Below, one piece after another: positions 1 through 6,035 of a stretch of DNA of 6,394 bases. A program made the translations under genes and the position numbers. Each line of letters begins with the position of its first letter. The first letter of the stretch is position 1. Under the pieces are notes generated by a model. It did not search any database and had not been told where the DNA came from. It saw only the letters and a program-made list of their open reading frames with translations. This DNA comes from Candidatus Auribacterota bacterium (lineage in GTDB: Bacteria; Auribacterota; UBA6266), in the NCBI GenBank assembly GCA_023136205.1, contig JAGLRQ010000162.1, positions 1 through 6,394 of the forward strand. The letters run 5' to 3'.

Positions 1-756
1 GCAAGCCAGATTAACTTTCTTAAACGCCTTACCAGCATTCCTCTTGAAATTGGCAATATAACGCATGATGTAATAGCTGAATTGTTAAAGATGGTGAGAA
101 AAGACAGTGGAAAAGCCAAATATAAAAGTTTAATAGATTTTTCTGAAAGAGAGTGTAAAAGACAGCTGAAAGAGAGATGTTTTTTTGAAAAATATTATAA
201 ACAGAAAGAGGAAATAAAGCTCGATGATCTTTTTAGAAAGGTGAAAAATTGCCTTGATTCATTTCGCCAGAGCAAGTGGAAAAACTGGTTGTTTGCCGAA
301 GGCATAAAAGAGTCTGAAAAATGGATTATTGAGCCTGCGGGCTATGGAGAGACCAGAGTTGGGGGGGGAAAGGCCTACCTGAAAGTTGATTTTATTTTTC
401 CTAAAAATGGAAGGGTGGTTGTCCTTGACTGGAAAACAGGGAAGAGAGATTCTACTAAGCATAAAAACCAGCTTATAGGATATGTTTATTATGCATCAAA
501 ACAGTTTGAGGTTGGCGTCGACACTATCGATGCTCATATTATTTATTTGGGAGATGAGTATGGTGAGTTAATTGCGGATGTTAACGATTTTGACATTTCC
601 AATTTTGAAGATAAGGTGAGGGAAGAGACCGAAAATATGTATGAGTATTGCAGTGGTATTGAGGAGAATAGCCCGTTGCCGAAAGAGGAATTTCAGATGA
701 TTGAAAACTTAAATATTTGTAAATTCTGTAATTATAAAGAGCTTTGCGGGAGATAA
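1..756 (+). CDS. PD-(D/E)XK superfamily nuclease, Cas4/AddB-like with C-terminal Cys cluster (5' end probably outside the window)
   Basis: Frame 1 has no stop from base 1 up to the listed TTG at 82, so the gene probably starts upstream. The translation shows the ordered Cas4/PDDEXK_1-type motifs: G-x-x-x-H (GNITHDV, 52-72), core Asp (KVDFIF, D at 388-390), D-x-K (VVLDWKTGK, D 427-429, K 433-435), Q-x-x-x-Y (NQLIGYVYY) and C-x2-C-x5-C (CKFCNYKELC, 718-747). Stop is TAA 754-756. Confidence 0.75.
   Translation, partial: ASQINFLKRLTSIPLEIGNITHDVIAELLKMVRKDSGKAKYKSLIDFSERECKRQLKERCFFEKYYKQKEEIKLDDLFRKVKNCLDSFRQSKWKNWLFAEGIKESEKWIIEPAGYGETRVGGGKAYLKVDFIFPKNGRVVVLDWKTGKRDSTKHKNQLIGYVYYASKQFEVGVDTIDAHIIYLGDEYGELIADVNDFDISNFEDKVREETENMYEYCSGIEENSPLPKEEFQMIENLNICKFCNYKELCGR
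361..368 (+). repeat. G8 homopolymeric tract inside the nuclease CDS
   Basis: Eight consecutive G (gtt ggg ggg gga aag) encode V-G-G-G-K. The tract lies upstream of the catalytic D and D-x-K codons. Confidence 0.95.
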
Positions 757-794
757 AAAATGAAAACCAAGGGGGCTCATGTAAGGAGGGAAAA

Positions 795-1121
795 ATGAAA
801 AACTTAATTGTTCTATTAGTCTTTAGTTTATACATTTTTAATTCGGCTTTTGCGGAAGATGATGTTGTCACTGAATCAGTAAAAAGTGTAGGGAATCTTA
901 TTATCGCGACGGGAAAGTCTGTTGGAGCTGTTTTAGAAACCGCTGTTAAAACTTTCAATCCTGAAGAGGGTAACAAAGGTTATGTGGTCGGAGAGCCTCC
1001 TGTTGGCAAGGCTAAAACTAAAAAGGCTACAGAATCTGTGATGGAAGAAGACAATAAGTTTTCAAGCCAGAAATATAAGGGCAAACTTACTCTTGGAACA
1101 TATGAAGAAAAAAGCAAATAA
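795..1121 (+). CDS. Small secreted protein of unknown function (108 aa, Sec signal peptide)
   Basis: ATG 795 lies 5 nt after the GGAGG core (785-789) of AAGGAGGG (783-790). The N-terminus MKNLIVLLVFSLYIFNSAFA/EDD has a charged n-region, a hydrophobic core and an A-x-A cleavage site. There is no lipobox Cys. The mature part is Lys/Glu-rich with an internal KSVG(N/A)(L/V) repeat. I recognise no family. Confidence 0.6.
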   Translation: MKNLIVLLVFSLYIFNSAFAEDDVVTESVKSVGNLIIATGKSVGAVLETAVKTFNPEEGNKGYVVGEPPVGKAKTKKATESVMEEDNKFSSQKYKGKLTLGTYEEKSK

Positions 1122-1130
1122 GAGTATAAA

Positions 1131-1766
1131 ATGTTTATTTTAGAAAAATTTTTGAGACTTCCGGTTTTGGGTATCGTGAGAGGAGAAGATAATTTTCCTA
1201 TGGAAGATGCATTCAATGTTGCGGTTGAAGCGGGGTTAAAACATATTGAAATTGCCCTTAACACCCCGAATGCGTTTGAGCATCTTGAAAAAATGCATGC
1301 AAAATTTTCAAAATTTCTTTGTATTGGTGTGGGAACAGTCTTGAGCGTTGACGACTGCAAAAAAGTAATAGATACAGGCGCTCAATATATTGTTACCCCT
1401 TCCTATATGCCGGAATTAATTGATTACTGCCGGGAGAAAAATACGGGAATATTTGCGGGGGCGCTTACTCCCACGGAAGTTTTTAATGCGTGGGAAAGAG
1501 GAGCAGATATGATAAAAGTTTTTCCCTCTTTTTCGTGTGGCGGCCCTGAGTATTTTAAAGCTTTAAACGGCCCATTCAATCAAATAAAGTTTCTGGCAGT
1601 GGGCGGGATAAGATTAAATAATATAAAAGATTATTTTAAAGCCGGCGCTTCCGGGGTTGCTTTTGGTTCCAGCATTTTTAAAAAGGAGTATATCCGGCAA
1701 AAGGATTTTAATCTAATAAAAGATGGAATTGTTTCTTTTGTTGAAGAAGTTATGAAGTTCGTGTAA
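1131..1766 (+). CDS. eda: 2-dehydro-3-deoxy-phosphogluconate / -phosphogalactonate aldolase (KDPG/KHG aldolase family, class I)
   Basis: Family motifs appear in the correct order: LGIVRG, general-base Glu in HIEIALNTP, GVGTVL, YIVTPS, GALTPTEV, Schiff-base Lys in IKVFPS, GPEYFKAL and AVGGI. The signatures E-I-x-L-N-(S/T)-P, IVTP and K-(I/V)-FPS look closer to DgoA (KDPGal aldolase) than to E. coli Eda, which has EVTLRT. Only a weak SD is present (AAGAG 1120-1124). The start lies 9 nt after the upstream stop. Confidence 0.88.
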   Translation: MFILEKFLRLPVLGIVRGEDNFPMEDAFNVAVEAGLKHIEIALNTPNAFEHLEKMHAKFSKFLCIGVGTVLSVDDCKKVIDTGAQYIVTPSYMPELIDYCREKNTGIFAGALTPTEVFNAWERGADMIKVFPSFSCGGPEYFKALNGPFNQIKFLAVGGIRLNNIKDYFKAGASGVAFGSSIFKKEYIRQKDFNLIKDGIVSFVEEVMKFV

Positions 1767-1825
1767 AATTCTCTTTACTTTCGACTATTTTATTCGTTAA
1801 TAAATTTTAGGGAGGAGCTATTATA

Positions 1826-2104
1826 ATGTTCAGGTTTGGGATTGGCCGTGCGGCGGGTAATTGTCCGCTGGAACTGCTTCTTGCGTTTCTTAAAAACCCA
1901 AAATTTGACGTTGCCCCGATACTTGAGGTAATCCAATCGGAATTTTTGAAATTGAGAAATGAAATTGAGTGGGGTTATATTATTCCGTATATGATTACAG
2001 GAATGTTTAATGAACATCCGCGTTCTGCGATAGCATATAGAAAGACATCTGATAAGGATGATTATATCAGTTTTTATAATCAATTTAATAGTGTCACTGA
2101 ATAA
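1826..2104 (+). CDS. C-terminal fragment of a DRE-TIM metallolyase (HMGL-like / 4-hydroxy-2-oxovalerate aldolase-like) protein; truncated gene remnant or stand-alone mini-protein
   Basis: The translation starts MFRFGIGRAAGNCPLELLLAFL. This matches the G-x-G-x-x-AGN-x-P-(L/V)-E motif that sits near the end of the TIM barrel in HMGL-like aldolases (for example GMGAGAGNAPLE in DmpG). The upstream barrel with the metal ligands, more than 200 aa, is absent because only 59 nt separate this ORF from the eda stop. An in-frame TAG lies at 1808-1810. A strong SD, GGGAGGAG (1810-1817), lies 8 nt before ATG 1826. Confidence 0.6.
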   Translation: MFRFGIGRAAGNCPLELLLAFLKNPKFDVAPILEVIQSEFLKLRNEIEWGYIIPYMITGMFNEHPRSAIAYRKTSDKDDYISFYNQFNSVTE

Positions 2105-2128
2105 CAAAATTCCTCTAAGATTTTATAT

Positions 2129-3553
2129 ATGAAACAGATTTTTCTCCAGTTTGGTGACGATAATTTTATAAGGGCGTTTGCCGACGGATTAATAAATGAG
2201 CTTAATAAGAATATATCCGTTGGTTCTGTGATAATGATTCAGCCCAGGCATTGCGGAAGGGTGAGTGAATTAAATAATCAAAGTAATTTGTATACGCTCC
2301 TCTTAAGGGGAGTTTCTTCAGGAAAGCTTTTTCAAAACAGGGAAATAATTAACTGTATTTCAGAGGCAATAAATCCATACCTGGAATATGAGAAATACTC
2401 GGCGCTGTATAAAACCCAAAATCTGAAATTTGTAATATCGGACACAGGCAGAAACGGGATTATTTATACAGGTAAAGATAGTTTAAACGATAAGCCGCAG
2501 GAAAGCTTTCCCGGGAAAATAACAGCATTTCTCTTCAGGAGATATAAATATTTCGAAGGAGCGGGCGACAGGGGCCTCATATTTCTTCCATGTGAAGATA
2601 TCGATAAGAATGGGGGACGGTTAAAAGATATAGTATTCAAAATATCAAGTGACTGGGGCCTTAGCGAAGAATTTTTGAAGTGGGTTAATGAAAACAACTA
2701 TTTTCTTTCAACCTTGACGGATAGGATTGTTTTAGGGTATCCCTTTGAGGAGACGGCTTTTCTTGAAAAGACGATGGGATATACGGATCGCCTGATAGAT
2801 GTTGCTGAACCGTATTACCGCTGGGTGATTCAGGGCCCTAAAGATATTAAAAAAGAGATACCCTTTAATAAGTTATCCTTAAGGAAGATTATATATACGG
2901 ATGATTTAACCCCGTACAGCAATCTGAAAACCCGCATTTTTGATGAGTTAAGTGTTTGTGTCGCTATGATAGGCCTGCTTTGCGGCAAGAAAAACTTTCA
3001 GGATGTGATGGACGATGATATCTTGAGGGAGTTTGTGAAGAGACTGCTTTTTTGGGAAATAGTTCCCTCTATCGGGCAGACTGATGACAGCGCCCTGAAG
3101 TATGCTGAAGAAGTCCTTGAACGATTTAAGAATCCATATATCAAACAACAGGCTTTTAAGGTTTTTTTCAAAAATGGTATGGATCCTGAAAGAAGGTTGA
3201 TTCCATCAATTAATGCCCATATGAGAAAGAGAGGCAATCTGCCCGTTCACCTTATTTTTTCCTTAGCCCTCAATATATATTTTTGCAGCAGGGAACAATA
3301 TATTAAAAATCTTGAGATAAAGGGTGATAAATTTTTAAAGTTTTGCGGAAAAATGTGGAAACATGTGGGAAAGTCTGCAAAAGGAATAAGGTTGATGTCT
3401 GATAAGGTTCTTGCTTTAAAAATTGTATTGGACAGTAATGCGGTTAAAATTAAAGGTGTGAGGAGAATGCTTACTGTTCAGCTTATTAACATAACCAGGC
3501 ATGGCCTGAAAAAATCATTGGCGAAGGTCGTGAAAAGGGAAGCTAAGAGATAG
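2129..3553 (+). CDS. uxaB: Tagaturonate reductase / altronate oxidoreductase (UxaB)-like mannitol-dehydrogenase-family protein with substituted cofactor and catalytic motifs
   Basis: The protein is co-linear with UxaB over its whole length: QFG..NF.RAF, LYT...RG, PCE.ID.NG, STL.DRIV.GYP, VIQGP, RF.NPYIK and LP..L.F.LA. However, G-x-G-N-F reads GDDNF (2153-2167), and K-x4-N-x2-H reads K-x4-D-x2-S (2927-2953). There is no SD before ATG 2129. Confidence 0.8.
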   Translation: MKQIFLQFGDDNFIRAFADGLINELNKNISVGSVIMIQPRHCGRVSELNNQSNLYTLLLRGVSSGKLFQNREIINCISEAINPYLEYEKYSALYKTQNLKFVISDTGRNGIIYTGKDSLNDKPQESFPGKITAFLFRRYKYFEGAGDRGLIFLPCEDIDKNGGRLKDIVFKISSDWGLSEEFLKWVNENNYFLSTLTDRIVLGYPFEETAFLEKTMGYTDRLIDVAEPYYRWVIQGPKDIKKEIPFNKLSLRKIIYTDDLTPYSNLKTRIFDELSVCVAMIGLLCGKKNFQDVMDDDILREFVKRLLFWEIVPSIGQTDDSALKYAEEVLERFKNPYIKQQAFKVFFKNGMDPERRLIPSINAHMRKRGNLPVHLIFSLALNIYFCSREQYIKNLEIKGDKFLKFCGKMWKHVGKSAKGIRLMSDKVLALKIVLDSNAVKIKGVRRMLTVQLINITRHGLKKSLAKVVKREAKR

Positions 3554-3580
3554 GGAGTAGGGTCAGGGATATATTATATT

Positions 3581-3653
3581 ACGCAATACCGCTTTTGATA
3601 CTATGCACTGTTTTTAACTAGATACTATTAACCAGATACGAGATACCGCTTTT
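3581..3653 (+). promoter_or_regulatory. ATAC-repeat upstream element (copy A), ending at the start codon of the membrane-protein gene
   Basis: ACGCAATAC (3581-3589) is followed by ATAC at 3586, 3598, 3622, 3636 and 3643. Dodecamers are ATACTATGCACT (3598-3609), ATACTATTAACC (3622-3633) and ATACGAGATACC (3636-3647). An exact 11-nt direct repeat, ATACCGCTTTT, occurs at 3586-3596 and 3643-3653. The element has the same opening 9-mer and the same closing GATACGA(G/T)ATAC as 6103-6154. Confidence 0.5.
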
Positions 3654-4391
3654 ATGAGATGGCTTAAAAATTTATTTTTTTCAACATTGAAGATCTTATC
3701 GGCCGTAATTCTTACCCCGCTTGCCTGCGGGCTTTCAGCAGCGTTGTATATATCTGTTGCTCAATATTTTAATATAACGACATTGTTGCCTTTTTTGCTG
3801 GGTTTTGGTTTATATCTTCTTATTTACGCTATTTTACAGCAGCCTATACGAACATACATTTTCACTCATGAACTTGTGCATGTTATCTGGGTTTTAATAT
3901 TTGGGGGGAAGGTCAAGGATTTTAGGATGGGTAAAAGGGGAGGGAGCGTTAAAGTTTCCAAGACTAACTTTATAATCGAACTTGCCCCGTATCTTTTTCC
4001 TCTTTACTGTATTATCTCAATTCTGGTTTATTTTATGGCGGGGCTGTTTATTGATGTGAAGCCTTATTGGAAAGTAATGTCATTTGTTGTTGGCTTTTTC
4101 TGGGCATTCCATTTTACTATTACAGCATATGTTTTAACTAAAGAACAGACAGATTTCCGGGGGCCCGGTGTAGTCCTTTCCCTCGTAATAGTTTATATAT
4201 TTAACGTAATAATATTAGCACTTATTATATGTTTTTTATCCGATTCTGTGTCTTTTAAAACTTACGCGGTGAACTCAATAGATAAAGCATTAATTTGTTA
4301 CAAAGCGCTTTACTCTACATGTTATAAAATATGGATGGAGTCAATAAAATGGTTGGAAAATATCAAACAGTGTTTCTGGTTGGCCGGGTAA
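3654..4391 (+). CDS. Multi-pass membrane protein with HExxH motif (putative zinc metallopeptidase, M50B/DUF3267-like)
   Basis: The 245-aa protein has about 5-6 hydrophobic segments. HELVH (in IFTHELVHVIWVLIFGGKV) lies at a membrane boundary and is followed by a Gly-rich loop (GKRGGSVKVS) and APYLFP, which resembles the M50B-like pattern HE.GH...G....G.G......AGY..P. The family assignment is from memory. There is no clear SD. The ATG is the only plausible start in the ORF. Confidence 0.6.
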   Translation: MRWLKNLFFSTLKILSAVILTPLACGLSAALYISVAQYFNITTLLPFLLGFGLYLLIYAILQQPIRTYIFTHELVHVIWVLIFGGKVKDFRMGKRGGSVKVSKTNFIIELAPYLFPLYCIISILVYFMAGLFIDVKPYWKVMSFVVGFFWAFHFTITAYVLTKEQTDFRGPGVVLSLVIVYIFNVIILALIICFLSDSVSFKTYAVNSIDKALICYKALYSTCYKIWMESIKWLENIKQCFWLAG

Positions 4392-4432
4392 TGTCGTTTC
4401 TGAGTTCAGCAACTTTTTCTGAAACTGAAAAG

Positions 4433-4446
4433 AGCGCGGAGCGCGG
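4433..4446 (+). repeat. Tandem heptamer AGCGCGG x2 (GC-rich island in an AT-rich spacer)
   Basis: AGCGCGG at 4433-4439 is immediately repeated at 4440-4446, upstream of fadD. The sequence is self-complementary (GCGC-GGA-GCGC). Its function is unknown. Confidence 0.6.
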
Positions 4447-4482
4447 GTTCAGAGAAATAATTTGAATGGAGGTTGTTTTATT

Positions 4483-6012
4483 GTGGATACGAATCTTGTA
4501 AATCTTATTAGGGAAAACGCATTATCTTTTGGCAGGAGGACGGCTGTCAGGTTTGAGAAAAGCAAGGTGTCCTACCGCAAGCTGGATGAACTATCGGACA
4601 AATTGTCCACAGGACTGAAAACACGCCTTGGAATATCCAAGGGTGACCATGTTTGCATCATGATGGGCAACTGCCTGAATTTTGTTATAAGCTATTTTGG
4701 CATTCTTAAAGCGGGAGCGTGGGTGATACCCGTTAATACATTTCTTGTTGCGGAAGAAGTACGGTTTATTCTCGAAGATTCTAAAGCTAAAGTTGTTTTT
4801 GTTGATGATAAACTCCTCCGGGTGGTTGAAGAGGCGGTGAAAGGCATGTCTAATCCTCCCGATATAATTCTTACAGGAGACAAGGAATCAAAAGATTTCG
4901 TTTCACTTGATGCGCTTTTTGTAGATGGGGCACATACTGTTGCGGAAATTCATCCGGATGATATTGCGGTTTTGATATATACATCCGGAACGACCGGAAT
5001 TCCTAAAGGCGCAATGCTGACTCACAGAAATCTTGTTTCAAATGTAAAAGATTGTATAAAAGCCCTTAGAATTAAAAAAAGAGACAGAGTAATAGTATTT
5101 CTTCCCATGTTCCATTCATTTACCCTGACTGTTTGTATGCTTACACCTTTGATTGGAGGAGCATCATTTATTATATTAAGGTCGGTAAGGCCGTTTGATA
5201 AGGTTCTCAAAACGGTAATTTTAAGAAGAATTACGGCTTTTGTTGGTATTCCTCAAATATTCCATTTGCTCAGTGAGAAGAAGGTCCCCTGGCTGGTAAA
5301 AAAACTTCTTTCAATCAGGTTTTGTATTTCCGGTTCAGCGCCTTTGTCGGAAGAGGTATTAAAGAATTTTGAAAATAATACCGGTTTACCTTTAATGGAG
5401 GGATACGGACTTTCGGAAGCTTCGCCTGTCGTATCGGTTAATCCTCTTTACGGGACAAGAAAGGTAGGGTCAGTGGGGATCCCTCTTTCAAGCGTGGATG
5501 TTAAAATTGTTAACGATGAAGAAAAGGAGCTTTCATGCGGGGAAAAAGGTGAGATTATTGTCAAGGGCCCAAATGTTATGAAAGGTTATTTTAACAAGCC
5601 GGAGGAAACCTCAAAAGCAATCAAGGGGGACTGGCTTTTTACCGGAGATATAGGCAAGATAGATTCAGACAGATATCTTTACATTCTTGACAGGAAAAAG
5701 GATATGATACTTTCTCATGGGCTTAATGTATATCCCAGGGAGATTGAGCAGGTTCTTTACCAGCATCCTTCGATCAGGGATGCTGCTGTAATTGGTGTTA
5801 AGGATGTACGCCGGGGAGAGAAGGCCGTTGCATATGTTACGCTTAAGGAGGGCTTTAGCGCGCAGCCCGGAGAGCTTATAAAATTCTGCAAAGGGAAACT
5901 CGCTCCTTATAAAATTCCTCATACTGTTAAAATTGTAACTGAGCTTCCCAGAACACCTACAGGAAAGATATTAAAGAAAGATATAAAGAAGATGGTTGAA
6001 GCGCGGGCGTAG
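4483..6012 (+). CDS. fadD: AMP-dependent synthetase/ligase, long-chain-fatty-acid--CoA ligase (FadD)-like
   Basis: Adenylate-forming superfamily motifs are present: YTSGTTGIPKGAMLTHRN (A3), FHSF, GYGLSE (A5), TGDIG (A7), DRKKDMI (A8) and PRTPTGKILKK (A10). I prefer the GTG start at 4483 because GGAGG (4468-4472) lies 10 nt upstream of it. The listed TTG at 4462 sits upstream of that SD and has none of its own. Stop is TAG 6010-6012. Confidence 0.88.
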   Translation: MDTNLVNLIRENALSFGRRTAVRFEKSKVSYRKLDELSDKLSTGLKTRLGISKGDHVCIMMGNCLNFVISYFGILKAGAWVIPVNTFLVAEEVRFILEDSKAKVVFVDDKLLRVVEEAVKGMSNPPDIILTGDKESKDFVSLDALFVDGAHTVAEIHPDDIAVLIYTSGTTGIPKGAMLTHRNLVSNVKDCIKALRIKKRDRVIVFLPMFHSFTLTVCMLTPLIGGASFIILRSVRPFDKVLKTVILRRITAFVGIPQIFHLLSEKKVPWLVKKLLSIRFCISGSAPLSEEVLKNFENNTGLPLMEGYGLSEASPVVSVNPLYGTRKVGSVGIPLSSVDVKIVNDEEKELSCGEKGEIIVKGPNVMKGYFNKPEETSKAIKGDWLFTGDIGKIDSDRYLYILDRKKDMILSHGLNVYPREIEQVLYQHPSIRDAAVIGVKDVRRGEKAVAYVTLKEGFSAQPGELIKFCKGKLAPYKIPHTVKIVTELPRTPTGKILKKDIKKMVEARA

Positions 6013-6035
6013 GATTAAAAGCGATGAATAGTGAA

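Noticed and set aside
744-794. The TTG 744 start, which would give a 125-aa version of the secreted protein.
   Set aside because: The extension (MREIKNENQGGSCKEGK) would overlap the nuclease stop and would bury the signal peptide. ATG 795 has a strong AAGGAGGG SD and yields a canonical N-terminal signal peptide.
1-1121. The idea that the Cas4-like nuclease plus the adjacent small protein form a defense module.
   Set aside because: Nothing in the window supports it. There are no CRISPR repeats, cas genes, ATPase, helicase or methylase partners, and no toxin-like domain. The neighbour is a signal-peptide protein followed by metabolic genes. The informative side is upstream and cannot be seen.
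3595-3628. A sigma-70 promoter for the membrane-protein gene built on TTGATA (3595-3600).
   Set aside because: No acceptable -10 hexamer lies at 16-19 nt spacing. TAGATA at 18 nt lacks the invariant final T, and TACTAT is 22 nt away. This is too weak to report.
4397-4446. A possible terminator between the membrane-protein gene and fadD: hairpin TTTC-TGAG-TTCAG / CTGAA-ACT-GAAA (4397-4430) followed by GCGC-GGA-GCGC.
   Set aside because: The stems are short (4+5 bp AT-rich, or 4 bp with a 3-nt loop). They are interrupted and are not followed by a U-tract, so they do not meet intrinsic-terminator criteria. I kept only the tandem AGCGCGG heptamer as a descriptive repeat.
4462-4482. The TTG 4462 start for the acyl-CoA synthetase.
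   Set aside because: The only good SD (GGAGG 4468-4472) lies downstream of this TTG and is correctly spaced for GTG 4483. The extra residues (MNGGCFI) are not part of the conserved family N-terminus. I cannot exclude it without experimental data.
259-5922. Ten minus-strand ORFs of 62-131 aa (259-462, 581-976, 980-1360, 1790-2107, 2464-2697, 2948-3148, 2998-3237, 4692-4883, 5022-5210, 5665-5922).
   Set aside because: Each lies antisense to, and mostly within, a + strand gene that has clear family motifs. Their translations are low-complexity or Ser/Leu/Phe-rich with no recognisable motifs and no convincing SD. They are most simply shadow ORFs.
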